DNA of 64,000 bases from Candidatus Latescibacterota bacterium. GTDB taxonomy: Bacteria > Latescibacterota > UBA2968 > UBA8231. The position numbers were made by a program, and so were the translations under genes. The stretch is from the NCBI GenBank assembly GCA_965242865.1, contig CBDETK010000013.1, forward strand, positions 3,616,001 through 3,680,000. Direction: 5' to 3'. Each line of letters starts with the position of its first letter. The stretch's first letter is position 1. Below, piece after piece: positions 46,004 through 56,775 of this stretch. The notes below the pieces were generated by a model, which did not search any database, was not told the origin of the DNA, and saw nothing but the letters and a program-made list of their open reading frames with translations.

Positions 46004-47219
46004 GCCGGGGGTGGGATCAAGTACTCGCCCTCGCGGATCCCATAGCTTTCGCCGAGCGCGGGGAAGTCAACCCCGGCGCGACCATTCCAATCCCACACCA
46101 CTTCGCCGTCCTTGACCGTCAGCTCGCAAAACAGCCGCTTGTGGCCACCCAACCGGCCGCCGAAAGAATCGGCGTAGCCAAAATCCCCCTCCATCTGCTG
46201 TAAGACCGCCACATCGGCCACGGCCCCCACCGACAGGTGCCCCAGCTCGGGGTGGCCAATCTCCCGCGCTGGGTTGATGGTGGAGGCGCGGACGACAGCA
46301 CCGAGCGGCATGCCCATCACCAGAAATTTCGACATGGTGGTCGCCATGTCGAGCATACCCATATTCATGCAGAGGGTGTGCAGGTCGGTCGAGATCGAGT
46401 CTGGATAGAAGCCTTGGGCAATAGCAGGGACTGCGTTGCGGAAACAGAAGCTGCCGGCGCCGTGCCCTACGTCCAAGACGACGCCCTTGGCCCGCGCCTC
46501 GTGCAAGTAGGACAGTACCTGGCCCTCGGCGTCAAACCACGGCGTCGGTCCGCGGAAGATGTGAGTGCTTATGTCGCCCGGGCGCAGCTTTTCGCCCAAG
46601 AGTTGGTAGTAGGGGCGTTCCTTTCTGAAGTAGCCAAAGTCAATCATCACCCGCGTCGCGGCCTTTTCGGCAGCCGCGAGCGTACGATCGACCGAAATCC
46701 ATTCGGGGCCCATGTAGTGCGCCGTCTTGATGCCGACGACTACGTCCTCGTTTTCTCGCGCCGCGCCCGCCGTCTTGTCAGGATCCATGTCGTACGGATT
46801 CTGCTCGTGATCCGTTGAAGTCATCCCGGTGCCGGCGATGTTGACCAGCGCGAAGAGCCGCGTTTGGCAGCGGTCGATCACCCGGTAGCGAAAGTCCTCA
46901 AAGTTGCGCCAACCCGCGCTCCCGGTATCCACTAGCGTCGTCACGCCGGTGCGAAAGCTAAAGCCGTCGGGCAGGATGCTGTTGTCGCCGGCCCACGTGT
47001 TGCGGTGACCGGCCGTGGCATAGGCGTGGATGTGAATATCCACCACCCCGGCGTCACGTAGAGGCCGCTCACGTCGATGACCTGCCCGGCGGCCTCAACC
47101 GGCAGTTCCGCATCTACGGCCGCGACCGCCTTCCCCTTGATGCCAATGTCCTTGGGCGCGTCAATGCCGTTGTGGGGATCAATCAGATGTCCGCCCTTGA
47201 GTACCAGATCAAACTGCAT
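46000..47219 (-). pseudogene. Amidohydrolase/deacetylase (dihydroorotase-like), frameshifted near 47046
   Basis: N-part MQFDLVLKGGHLIDP...YVTPG and C-part VDIHIH...DVGHGAGSF...SISTDLH are in different frames (1-nt loss). Confidence 0.75.
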
Positions 47220-47293
47220 AGTGAATTTCTCCGAGAATTTGATGAAGGTTAAAAGATAAAAAACAGCACCGCTGCCTGCTACGCGCCCGAACT

Positions 47294-48334
47294 TCAGGCC
47301 GGAGCTTCGACGTGCGAGGGCAGGTTGCACGTAAACCGCGCAAACAGTGCCTTGAGCGCGACATCGCTGGGCGCCATAAGGCTGGTCGCGATCGCGGTGG
47401 CCCACACGCTGCGCCGCGAAATTTTGACCTGCTGCCCACTGGTAAAATCCGCGCGGGCGTGGATGCGGCGCAGCGTCAGTACGGCCATGCCCAAGGCCCA
47501 AAGACAGAACCGGCGAATGCCGGTTTCGCGCCCGGGGATGAGCAACGTAAACGCGAGTGCATTGCCGAGGTGCATCCGGGCCAAGCCGATCAGCTTGCTC
47601 AGTGCCGTGCGGAACGCGGGGTCCGCGTGGCCGGTCTCGAGCGAGCGCAAATCAAACCCGGCTTGCTGGAACACGTCCCGCGGCAGCCAACACGCGCCGC
47701 GCATTCGGTCGTCCCAGATGTCCTTGAGGATGTTGGTCATCTGCAAGCCTTGGCCGAACGACACGGCGAGCGGCAACAGCTTCTCGCGGTGGCGGTCGAT
47801 TTCCGCCGAATAATCGCAGAACAGCTCGGTGAGCATCTCGCCGACAACGCCGGCGACGTGGTAACAATAGCGGTCGAGCTGGGAGAGATCCTTTAGACCT
47901 TTGAGGCCCGGGTTTTGCTGAAACTCGGCCATGCCGTGCGACATGATTCGCACACAGCGCACGAGGGCCGCACGCTGCCGGTCGGAAAACCTTTGCGTGA
48001 TTCGGAACACCCGCGGGGTGTTGGCCACGAGCTGGCGTTCGGCGAGCAGCATGCTGTCGGACAGGCGCGGCGCGAGCTGCTCGGCGAATGGGGCCGGCGG
48101 CTCCTCGCCGGCGATAACCCGGGTAAATCGCTCGGAAAACTCGCGCTTCTCGTCGGCCAACAAAGCTGGATCATCCTCGATGGTATCCGCGATGCGGCAC
48201 AGCAGGTACGCGTTGCCTACGACATCGCGCAGGCCCGCCGGAAGCTGCGGAATGGTGAGCGCGAATGTGCGCGAGACATCTTGCAGGATCGCGTACTGCC
48301 ACGCGAGATCAGCGGCATGTTCATCGGTCGTCAT
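47294..48334 (-). CDS. Phytoene/squalene synthase family protein
   Basis: VSRTFAL, YLLCRIADTIEDD, YCYHVAGVVG, GLQMTNILKD. Confidence 0.9.
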   Translation of the reverse strand: MTTDEHAADLAWQYAILQDVSRTFALTIPQLPAGLRDVVGNAYLLCRIADTIEDDPALLADEKREFSERFTRVIAGEEPPAPFAEQLAPRLSDSMLLAERQLVANTPRVFRITQRFSDRQRAALVRCVRIMSHGMAEFQQNPGLKGLKDLSQLDRYCYHVAGVVGEMLTELFCDYSAEIDRHREKLLPLAVSFGQGLQMTNILKDIWDDRMRGACWLPRDVFQQAGFDLRSLETGHADPAFRTALSKLIGLARMHLGNALAFTLLIPGRETGIRRFCLWALGMAVLTLRRIHARADFTSGQQVKISRRSVWATAIATSLMAPSDVALKALFARFTCNLPSHVEAPA

Positions 48335-48427
48335 GGCTATCTCAAGGTATTTTAATATAATATACAACGAAACAGGTCCCCTACACTGCTGCCGCCGCGT
48401 TCGTTGCCGAAAGCACATCTCATTGCG

Positions 48428-49039
48428 ATGGAAATAGACCTTAATCACCGCTTCAAAGGCGTCAACTACATTGAGTCGCCCAATCAAGGCGGCCCCTTTG
48501 CCCCGGGCGCACCCGACGCGATCATCATTCACTTTACGGCCACCACCAATGCCGAGGCGGCCATCCACACCCTCTGCGACGACCAGCGCGAAAACAAGGT
48601 CTCGGCCCATTTAGTGGTTGCCCGCGACGGCACTGTGACCCAGTTGTTGCCCTTTGACACCATTGGCTGGCACGCGGGCGTGAGCCAGTGGGGGACGCGC
48701 ACCGGGTTCAACAAGTATGCAGTCGGCATTGAGATCGATAACGCCGGCCAGCTTTGCGAGCGAGAGGGCCGCTACGAGTCGTGGTTTGGGCAGGTATATC
48801 CGCCCGAGGAAGTGGTGCGCGGCGTCCATCGCAATCAGTCGGAGGCCTCGTACTGGCACCGCTATACAGACGCGCAGCTAGCAGTCGTCGAGGCGATTTG
48901 CGCCGCGCTAATTCAACGCTACGGCATCCAACACATTCTCGGCCACGAGGAAATCGCCCCTTCCCGCAAGGTCGATCCCGGCCCGGCCTTCCCCCTTGAT
49001 TCCCTGCGCGCTCGGCTCTGCGACCGCCCCCTCGCCTAG
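48428..49039 (+). CDS. N-acetylmuramoyl-L-alanine amidase (Amidase_2)
   Basis: IIIHFTA, VSAHLVV, WHAGVS, GIEIDN, GHEEIAPSRKVDPGPAF. Confidence 0.92.
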   Translation: MEIDLNHRFKGVNYIESPNQGGPFAPGAPDAIIIHFTATTNAEAAIHTLCDDQRENKVSAHLVVARDGTVTQLLPFDTIGWHAGVSQWGTRTGFNKYAVGIEIDNAGQLCEREGRYESWFGQVYPPEEVVRGVHRNQSEASYWHRYTDAQLAVVEAICAALIQRYGIQHILGHEEIAPSRKVDPGPAFPLDSLRARLCDRPLA

Positions 49040-49260
49040 CGGTCAAGACGCGCCGGTCCCTGCTTTTCTCTGTTGATCCTTTCGGTTATATTCGCCCTTT
49101 CCCCTCTAACCCATGGGAGGCGCGAAGCCCTTGGCTGTGCCCGATGGCGGGGAGCATGCTGGTAGGAGCGCGAGCGTTTTGGTTGTGGGGAGTGCGGCAC
49201 TATTCAGGGGCGTCGGCCTAGCGACGGTCCATTTTTCCACTTTAGAAAAGGACGACAGAA

Positions 49261-50250
49261 ATGAACGATAGACCGAGCGGCATGCACGTCGGGGTGCAGG
49301 GGATTGGGACCTCAAAGGTCGAGCTGGAGTTTCTGGTGCGCCACGGGGTGACGCACATGGACGCCGTTGTTGAGGACAACGAGGTCGAGACCTTGGTGCG
49401 GCATAAGGCGGCCGCGGCCGAGTACGGGGTGAGCATGGAGTCGATCCACATTGGCGTTCCCAAAAGCATCACGCTGGCGCGGGATCCACAGCGAGACCGG
49501 GACCTCGACGAGGTCTGCCGCTGGATCGAAAACGCGGGTACGGCCGGGCTGCGGGCATTGCTCTATAACTTCTGCATCCTGCCGCACCAGCGCACCGCCC
49601 CTACGCCCGGGCGCGGGGGCGTGATGTACAGCTCGTTTGACTTGGCGAAATTCGACAACGAAACCCTGAGCGAAGCGGGGGTGGTCAGCCGCGAAGAAGC
49701 GTTTGAACGGGCGGCCTACTGGCTCGAGCGCGTGATTCCGGTCGCCGAGGAAAACAAGGTGCAGATGGCCTGCCACCTCGACGACCCGCCCGCGCCGGTG
49801 CTGCGCGGCGTCGAGCGCTGGAACTGGCCGGTAATGGAGGGGCTCAAGCGCTTTTCCGAGTTGGTCGATAGCCCGTATCACGGCTTTAACTTTTGTTGCG
49901 GCGTGGCGTCTGAGGGGCTGGAAAATCCGGCCGCAGAACTCTGCGACATCGTGCGCTACTTCGGCGAGCGGGGAAAGCTGTTCAATATCCACTACCGCAA
50001 CATCAAGGGGGGGCTACACAACTTCCAAGAGGTCTGGCCCGACGAAGGCGACGTGGACATGCACGAGGTGGTATGCACTTTGAGGGACGTAGGCTATCAG
50101 TACATGCTGATGCCCGACCACGCGCCATCTCACCCGGACGACAAGGCACCCGAGGGCGTTTCGGGCCGGGTTCGCCAGGCCTGGGCCTTCCAGTTCGGGT
50201 ATATCATCGCCATGATCCAAGCGGCGAATAAAGAAGCGCGAACTGCGTAG
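49261..50250 (+). CDS. Mannonate dehydratase (UxuA) family protein
   Basis: IPVAEE..V.MACHLDDPP, IHYRN, DEGDVDM, MPDHAP. Confidence 0.85.
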   Translation: MNDRPSGMHVGVQGIGTSKVELEFLVRHGVTHMDAVVEDNEVETLVRHKAAAAEYGVSMESIHIGVPKSITLARDPQRDRDLDEVCRWIENAGTAGLRALLYNFCILPHQRTAPTPGRGGVMYSSFDLAKFDNETLSEAGVVSREEAFERAAYWLERVIPVAEENKVQMACHLDDPPAPVLRGVERWNWPVMEGLKRFSELVDSPYHGFNFCCGVASEGLENPAAELCDIVRYFGERGKLFNIHYRNIKGGLHNFQEVWPDEGDVDMHEVVCTLRDVGYQYMLMPDHAPSHPDDKAPEGVSGRVRQAWAFQFGYIIAMIQAANKEARTA

Positions 50251-50256
50251 GGACCC

Positions 50257-51156
50257 ATGTTGATCCATGGCCTGAGGGCGGTGCAGTTGCTGGTCCTGCT
50301 CAGCTCGTTTGGCGGCGCTCAGTCTCTAGAAGAAAATGCGTCGCGGGAAGACTTGGAGGCGTTGGAGCGCGTTGTCTATCTAGTGGGGGCGGCCAGTGGG
50401 GTGGCCCTGCTGGTCTCGCTGGGGCTGCTCGTTGCGCGTTGGCGGTTGGGGACGGTGCAGGCGCGGCGCTTTGTATTGCGCGGCGACGAGCACCAACTGC
50501 TGGCTCAACTGGAGCAAGGCCCCGATGGCGGCGAGCTGGAGTTGAGGGATGCCAACGGCGGAATTACCGCTGTGCTGAGCAACAGGCTCCGGTTGTGCGA
50601 CCGCGAAGGACAGGTGCGGGCCGACTTGCGGCTGGAGAGCGATAAGGCCCCGCTGCTCGAATTCTACGACGAGCGGGGCGAAGTGCGGGCGGGCCTTTCG
50701 CTGAGCGAAGACGGCACCGGCAGCTTGGCCTTTTACGACGCGACCGGGCAGCCGCGGGCGGGCCTAGGCAGCGGCCACGCCGGCGCTATGCGGCTGAGCT
50801 TCTTCGATGGCCAAGGACAACTGCGGCTGCAAAGCGGCATTGAAGACGAAGAAGCACCTTCGCTCAAGCTCTACGACGCCCAAGGCGAAGTCCGCGCCAC
50901 CCTGAGCGTGCGAGCCGATGGCATGACCTTGCTCGAAATGCGCGACCAAGCCAGCCAGACGCGCACCATCGTCGGCGTACTGGAGGATGGAATCGCTTGG
51001 CTTGGAGTTCTCGATGAAGAGCAGCGTTTCCGTGCGGGGTTGGGCGTACCGAGCGGCGGGAACCCGCGGCTGGACTTCTACGACGAAGCGGGACAGACGC
51101 AGGCCTCTTTGCACATCAACGACCAAGGCCGTTTTAAGACCGACCCGGACCCCTAG
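50257..51156 (+). CDS. Hypothetical membrane-anchored protein with ~22-aa beta repeats
   Basis: Signal + TM segment, then repeated L.(F/L)YD..G..RA.L units. Confidence 0.7.
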   Translation: MLIHGLRAVQLLVLLSSFGGAQSLEENASREDLEALERVVYLVGAASGVALLVSLGLLVARWRLGTVQARRFVLRGDEHQLLAQLEQGPDGGELELRDANGGITAVLSNRLRLCDREGQVRADLRLESDKAPLLEFYDERGEVRAGLSLSEDGTGSLAFYDATGQPRAGLGSGHAGAMRLSFFDGQGQLRLQSGIEDEEAPSLKLYDAQGEVRATLSVRADGMTLLEMRDQASQTRTIVGVLEDGIAWLGVLDEEQRFRAGLGVPSGGNPRLDFYDEAGQTQASLHINDQGRFKTDPDP

Positions 51157-51607
51157 CACTGCGAATCTCTGTTCGTAGCTCGTCGTAACAGGGCACTTGG
51201 TTGACGAAGCCGCGACCAGCGATATAGCAATAGTGGACCAAGCCATTGGTGACCAAAAGACAGCGGGCCTGAACCACGCGGTTGTACGCAGCGATTTGGT
51301 CGAAGGTCTGCTGATCGATGGAGGTGTCTGGCTCTTTGCACTCGGCCATTAGCAGGGCACGGCCCGTGCGATCGTGGACGACGACGTCGGCGCGAAACCG
51401 CTTGCCGTGGAGATCAATGCTTTTCTCAATGGCGATCAACCCGCGCGGGTATCCCAAGGTCGATACCAGATAGTGCACCAAGTGCTGTCGCACCCACTCC
51501 TCGGGCGTCAACTGCACGTACTTGCGGCGCAAAGGGTCGAGGATCTCGCGCTTGCCCTCGACGTGGCGGATGTCAAACTCCGCAGCCGGGAGGTTGAGGC
51601 GCTGCAT
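51134..51607 (-). CDS. Stand-alone HsdR N-terminal domain protein
   Basis: LNLP, DPLRRKYV.LTPEEWVRQH, RADVVV, ECK, QIAAYN, TNGL.H. Confidence 0.85.
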   Translation of the reverse strand: MQRLNLPAAEFDIRHVEGKREILDPLRRKYVQLTPEEWVRQHLVHYLVSTLGYPRGLIAIEKSIDLHGKRFRADVVVHDRTGRALLMAECKEPDTSIDQQTFDQIAAYNRVVQARCLLVTNGLVHYCYIAGRGFVNQVPCYDELRTEIRSARGPGRS

Positions 51608-51608
51608 G

Positions 51609-53954
51609 TTATTTGAGCAGTAGCATCTTGTGGAATAACGAGGCCGTGCCCTTTTGTAGGCGCGCCAGATAAACTCCTGTGGCCACAGGAGTTCCGCGAG
51701 CGTCTGCCCCATCCCATTCAACTTGATAAGCACCTAGCCCCGTATAGCCATCGGCGAGCGTCTTCACCTTCTTGCCCTGTACGTCAAAAATTTCCAAGCG
51801 CACCCGGCCCGGCTCTTCAATGCGGTAGCGAATGGTGGTGGAGCTATTGAAGGGATTGGGATAGTTCAGCTCTAGGGCAAACTCCCGGGGCGCACCGCTT
51901 GGGCCGCCTTCCTCCTGCACAGCCGTCATACCTCCAGAGGACTGGGCGGCAACCAAGGAAATATCGTCGAGATAGAAGGTTCCGCGCAGGGAGCCGATGA
52001 AGCGCAGCGATTCAATGGGGCCATCGCTGCCGAGCTGGTCCAAGCCGACTTCAAGCACCTGCCACTGATCCAATTCCCAGTCCAATTGATCCGTCAGCTC
52101 CAGCCGATTACTGGTGTCGCCGTTGATAACCCACGCCAAGGAGGGCCGAAAGCCGCCGACCGCGGTCCCGGGATGCAGGGCCAAGCGCAGCCCGCCGTAG
52201 CCGACTTGAGCGACCGGAACGCGGGGCAGGAATTCAATGGTAAAACCGCGCGCTTCCACCCGCATCGCCCGCTGGCCAGCGAAGACGGTATCCGCATGGG
52301 TTGGGTCGATTTGGGCACTGTAGAGCGCGCCTTGATCCCAAGCGAGCTCGTCGGCAAAGAGGACTTGATCCGCTCTGGGCAGCACGGCGATAGAATGCAC
52401 CAGTTTGGTCGCCTCGTCGCCTTGGGCGAGATGCACCACCAGTTTTTTGCGACCGTTGTGCTCGCCGGCCGAGAGATCGGCTTCCAAGCGGTAGGTCTGG
52501 TCATCTATTCGTTGCAACGGCAGTGCTTCAGGGCCGCCCAGCGCAGCTAAGTCGGCCGTCAATTGGGCTGGTTCCGCGCCTTTTACCTGCCGCCGGAGGC
52601 GAATCGTCGAACGCAGGGACAGCACCGCGCCGGCGAGCAGGGTATCGGGCGGGGGGAGGTCCCACGTGCCTTGGAGAGGGCTGGCCTCAATGCGGAAGAC
52701 GGCTTGGGTGAAGTCATCGCTCGTCACGTAGAGGTGTCCGGCCTCGTCGGTAATCAGCCCGACGGGCTTACCCCACACGGTCCTTTCGTTGGGATTGGGA
52801 CGGAACCCGGTGAGAAAGTCGGCGACGCGGGCATTGGACCCATCTGGCTCGGTAAAGAGCGCCATGACCTTGTAGCCGGGATCATTGCCCAAGACCCCTG
52901 CACGGAAGGCGACAAACGCGGCGTGGTTGTACTGGGGGGGGAACTGGTCGTGCTCGTAGAAATGCAGCGCCATGGGCGCCAAGTGGGCCGGGACGAGGGC
53001 TGCCGGACGCTCCATGCTGGCCACCAATAGCGAGTCGGCACCAGTCAGCGGGAAGATCGCCCGTTGGTAGGCACCAATGGAGAAATCGGTCCAGACTTGG
53101 TAGGCGTAAGCCAAGGGCCAGCCATAGAAGTGGCCGTCGCGGAGAGGGGCGATCCACTCCGGCGGCAGGGCTCGGCCTTCGCGGTCGTGCCCGTTGCCAG
53201 CCCCCCACAGTTCGCCCGTAACCGGGTGCAAGTCAAGGCCGATGGCATTGCGCAGCCCAGCGGCAAAAATTCGGCGGCCCGTGCCATCGGCGTTCATCTC
53301 GATAACAGTGGACCGCTCCGGGTTGTCTTCGCGGCACAAGTCGCAACTGGAGCCAACGTGGAAGTAGAGCTTGTCGTTGGACTCGTCGAAAATTAGCGTA
53401 TGGGTCACGTGCTCGGAGGGGCTGCCCATAAAGCCGGGCACTTCGGCAAAGACAGCGCGCTCCTCGTAAAAGCCGTCTGCGTCTCGGTCTTTGAGGCGGT
53501 AGATCGCGTCGTCGTCGGCCACGAAGAGGGCACCTTGGTAGAAGGCGACGCTGTGGGGCCAGTGGAAGTCGTCGGCCACCTGGTACACGGTGTCGGCGCG
53601 GCCATCGCCGTCTCGGTCGGGCAAGGCCAGTACCGTACCTTGGCGGCCAGAGGCTGGGCTCCATTGATTCCTTCCCCGAGTCTTCATGTTGGCCACGTGC
53701 AGGACGCCTCGGTCGTCCCAAGCCATGAAGCGGGCTTTATCGACTTGATCGGAGAAGAGCTTGACCTTAAAGCCGGGCGGGAGGTTGAGCGTGCGATCGG
53801 GAAGCCCTTCGACCGGCACAGATTCGAGGTGGAGGTCCACCTTGGGCGTTAAGCGGATCTGGCCGGGGGGGTACTCGGCGTGAAGGGCCGAACTCGCGAG
53901 GATACAGAGCAGGGAGGCCAGCGTGGGAATCGGCCTAGCAGACAGAACAGACAT
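51609..53954 (-). CDS. Sorbosone/PQQ sugar dehydrogenase-family protein with FlgD-Ig/T9SS tail
   Basis: LPPGFKVKLF, VGSSCD.C.E, GLRNAIG, FYGWP, GKPVGL; NYPNPFNS tail. Confidence 0.85.
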   Translation of the reverse strand: MSVLSARPIPTLASLLCILASSALHAEYPPGQIRLTPKVDLHLESVPVEGLPDRTLNLPPGFKVKLFSDQVDKARFMAWDDRGVLHVANMKTRGRNQWSPASGRQGTVLALPDRDGDGRADTVYQVADDFHWPHSVAFYQGALFVADDDAIYRLKDRDADGFYEERAVFAEVPGFMGSPSEHVTHTLIFDESNDKLYFHVGSSCDLCREDNPERSTVIEMNADGTGRRIFAAGLRNAIGLDLHPVTGELWGAGNGHDREGRALPPEWIAPLRDGHFYGWPLAYAYQVWTDFSIGAYQRAIFPLTGADSLLVASMERPAALVPAHLAPMALHFYEHDQFPPQYNHAAFVAFRAGVLGNDPGYKVMALFTEPDGSNARVADFLTGFRPNPNERTVWGKPVGLITDEAGHLYVTSDDFTQAVFRIEASPLQGTWDLPPPDTLLAGAVLSLRSTIRLRRQVKGAEPAQLTADLAALGGPEALPLQRIDDQTYRLEADLSAGEHNGRKKLVVHLAQGDEATKLVHSIAVLPRADQVLFADELAWDQGALYSAQIDPTHADTVFAGQRAMRVEARGFTIEFLPRVPVAQVGYGGLRLALHPGTAVGGFRPSLAWVINGDTSNRLELTDQLDWELDQWQVLEVGLDQLGSDGPIESLRFIGSLRGTFYLDDISLVAAQSSGGMTAVQEEGGPSGAPREFALELNYPNPFNSSTTIRYRIEEPGRVRLEIFDVQGKKVKTLADGYTGLGAYQVEWDGADARGTPVATGVYLARLQKGTASLFHKMLLLK

Positions 53955-54093
53955 GGGAAACTCCAGCTAAGGGGATCGGCTGTGGCGCAAAGCCGACGGT
54001 TAGCCGCCGGCCAGCTTGAGCTTGAGATACGAGCCTTATTAGATTAAGCAAAACTTGGACTGCGTAAAAGAACCAGCTCGAGGAGCAAAAACA

Positions 54094-56118
54094 GTGCATA
54101 AATGGCCCATTCTCATCGCGCTCGCCCTGACTACAGCCCCGGCCGCCGCCCAGATTTCGCTGTGGAAGCTAGGCGGCCAAGGTTTAGCTTGGAGTCAAAA
54201 CGACAGCAGCGAAGTCTTTATCGACTTCGAGACCTTTCCCGGCTCCATAGCACCGACCTACTTCGATGGCCAAGAGAACATCCTCTCCCAACTTCCCTTT
54301 TGGTCGCCCTTCAAGTTTCCCATTGACTTGGGCTACGAAGACGGGCTCATTCCGCGAGTCTGGCGGGCGGCCAACGGCTTCTATTGGTTCACGGCAGGAA
54401 CCCTGACGACCGAGTGGGTTGACGGCGACAGCTCTTCGTACAGCCCCCCGGTGGCGCGTGGCATCAACTCGGAGTGGTACACCTTTGACGTAGGGGTCCC
54501 AGTGCCCGCCGACCTAGTCGGGTTCTACACCCCGCCGCACGGGTTCCGCGCCGACGGCACGCTTCTGCGCGACGACATCTTCAAGGCGTTTGAGGTCTCA
54601 ATCGCCGAGGAGTTCGACCCGGTCCTCAACCTAGAGAACAACGACAACGACTATCACCGCCTAGAGAAGCTCGTCGCTGATGTACCGCTCAACTTCGACG
54701 CCAACGTTCAACTCGAATTTCCCAAACAGTACGTGCGCTTCATACGCCTCCAGCGCAAGCCCTCCATCGACGACAAAGCCTTTGCCTCGGGCCAAGCCAA
54801 TGTCCAACAGGGAACCATCGGCGAGTTTGAGCTCAAAGGGGAAGGGGTGCCCAAACGGGTATTTTATCTCTCCAAGATCATCTTCTTAGGCCGCACAGTG
54901 AATTTCGGGCGTCTATTCTGGGACGCTACCCCCATGCGCATGATCGCTGGCGTCCCCACCCCGGTTGACGACGCCCAAGCCCGCCTCGCAATCTCCGTGC
55001 GCTCTGGCCGCGACGACGACCCCAACGTCTATTACGAGTTTACCGACACCGGGGCCGAGCGCATGGTCTCGCGCGAGCGATTTGAAAACGAACTCAAGCA
55101 ACCAGACCAGAGTACCGGCGGCCAGATCCAAGAGGGCAAGCCCGGCCTTAGAGCCTCGATCAACTACGACCAAGACAACTGGACCTTCTGGTCGTTTCCC
55201 ATCGCAAGGTCGGGGCAGCTCGCCCCGCTGGAGCGCGGGAACCACATCCAAGTGCGACTCACCTTCGAGAGCAGTTCCTTCTTCGACTTCGTGCGGCTCG
55301 ACTCGCTGTGGATTGAGGCTGCGTCGCCATTGGCCTCGCAGGTCATAGGCGAGATCGCCCGCTTGGACGAACCGACGCCCGATGGCGGCCTAACCGAGGT
55401 GTACTTAGGCGAGATGACGGACTTTACCTACGATGTGCGTACCCAGTTCGACGCGGCAAACCAACCGGGCTTTGATACCATCCGAATTCGCACGGGTAGC
55501 CGCCCCCAGTTCAAGCGGCTAGAGATGGGCCAGCCCCTCCAAGCACTAGAACCCGCTGAAGTGGTCGAGGGCGACAACGAGCTGGTCGTGCATCTACCGC
55601 AGGCGGTCACGCGCAGCCGCAACGAACCCGTGCGGCTGGTCTTTGGCACAGAGGTTTTCATCTTTGCCAACACGTTTGCCGGCGAGGTTTTCGACACGCG
55701 CGGCGAGAGCCTTCCGCAGCAGATTGAGGCCGGCAACGCCACCGACGCGGTCAACACCAACAGCCTGCGGGTTTTGGGCGGCGAACAAAAGGCCGGGGCA
55801 CCCATCGAAAACCTCGCTTTTTCGAGCGAGGTATTGACCCCTAATGGAGACGGCACCAACGATGTGTTGGCCATCAACTATACCTTGTTCCGCCTGCCCG
55901 GGCCGGTGCCTGTGGCCCTCAACATCTACGATTTGCGCGGCATCCGGGTCGGCGGTCTAGACGTTGGAATGCAGGATGCCGGGCCGCAAACCGTGCAATG
56001 GGACGGTCGCGATGCGAGCGGCGAGTTATTGGTCCCGGGTTTGTACCTCGTAGAGATCGCCCTTGAGTCGGAATTCAAAACCTTCCGCCACCAGCAGCCG
56101 TTGGGCTTGGCGTACTAG
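54094..56118 (+). CDS. Secreted hypothetical protein with C-terminal FlgD-Ig-like domain
   Basis: Signal peptide; TPNGDG.ND, IYDLRG, WDGRD.SG...PGLYLV. Confidence 0.75.
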   Translation: MHKWPILIALALTTAPAAAQISLWKLGGQGLAWSQNDSSEVFIDFETFPGSIAPTYFDGQENILSQLPFWSPFKFPIDLGYEDGLIPRVWRAANGFYWFTAGTLTTEWVDGDSSSYSPPVARGINSEWYTFDVGVPVPADLVGFYTPPHGFRADGTLLRDDIFKAFEVSIAEEFDPVLNLENNDNDYHRLEKLVADVPLNFDANVQLEFPKQYVRFIRLQRKPSIDDKAFASGQANVQQGTIGEFELKGEGVPKRVFYLSKIIFLGRTVNFGRLFWDATPMRMIAGVPTPVDDAQARLAISVRSGRDDDPNVYYEFTDTGAERMVSRERFENELKQPDQSTGGQIQEGKPGLRASINYDQDNWTFWSFPIARSGQLAPLERGNHIQVRLTFESSSFFDFVRLDSLWIEAASPLASQVIGEIARLDEPTPDGGLTEVYLGEMTDFTYDVRTQFDAANQPGFDTIRIRTGSRPQFKRLEMGQPLQALEPAEVVEGDNELVVHLPQAVTRSRNEPVRLVFGTEVFIFANTFAGEVFDTRGESLPQQIEAGNATDAVNTNSLRVLGGEQKAGAPIENLAFSSEVLTPNGDGTNDVLAINYTLFRLPGPVPVALNIYDLRGIRVGGLDVGMQDAGPQTVQWDGRDASGELLVPGLYLVEIALESEFKTFRHQQPLGLAY

Positions 56119-56123
56119 CCACA

Positions 56124-56193
56124 TTGTTCTCTCAATGCCTATCAGAGATATAAGCCGCTTGTTCTCTCAATGCCTATCAGAGATATAAGCCGC
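56124..56193. repeat. Perfect 35-bp tandem duplication
   Basis: ttgttctctcaatgcctatcagagatataagccgc x2. Confidence 0.9.
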
Positions 56194-56757
56194 TTGGGCG
56201 AAGACATCGTATTTGAAGAGAGCCTCAGGGGACGCACCTTTACCTTTCACTCCACTTGGGGGCTTTTTAACCCCAAGCGCATCGACCCCGGTACGCGGTT
56301 GCTCATTGACCATATCAAAGCCCGGCCTACCGACTGCTGCCTCGACCTAGGATGCGGATATGGTCCAATCGGCTTGGCGTTGGCTTTTCTCTGCTCAGAG
56401 GGCGAGGTCCACCTAGTCGATAAGGACTTTGTCGCGGTCAACTACGCGGCCCAAAACGCCGAGCGCAACGGACTGGCCAATTGTCGCGCCTACTTGAGTA
56501 ATGCCTTCAGCCACGTGCCCGCACACGTGCGCTTTGACACGATTGCCTCCAACTTGCCCGCAAAAACAGGCAATGAACTCCTGACGATCATCATGCACGA
56601 TGCCTGCGCCCGCCTCAAGCCGGGCGGGCATCTATGGGTCGTCACCATTGCCGGGCTGAAGGAGTACATCAAGCGCAATTTCAAGGAGGTCTTCGGCAAT
56701 TACAAAAAGATCAAACAGCGGGGGACCTACCTATTATCTCTGGCCGTTAAAGAGTAA
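56170..56757 (+). CDS. Small class I SAM methyltransferase (RsmC/MTS-like)
   Basis: GLF....IDPGTRLL, LDLGCGYGPIG, SNLP. Confidence 0.88.
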   Translation: MPIRDISRLGEDIVFEESLRGRTFTFHSTWGLFNPKRIDPGTRLLIDHIKARPTDCCLDLGCGYGPIGLALAFLCSEGEVHLVDKDFVAVNYAAQNAERNGLANCRAYLSNAFSHVPAHVRFDTIASNLPAKTGNELLTIIMHDACARLKPGGHLWVVTIAGLKEYIKRNFKEVFGNYKKIKQRGTYLLSLAVKE

Positions 56758-56775
56758 GGCCGCACTTAGCGAACC

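Noticed and set aside
51134-51607. Type I restriction system
   Set aside because: Small stand-alone HsdR_N protein with no hsdM/hsdS or helicase domains; a common orphan family.
56124-56193. CRISPR repeat (35 bp)
   Set aside because: Only two directly abutting copies, with no spacer and no cas genes.
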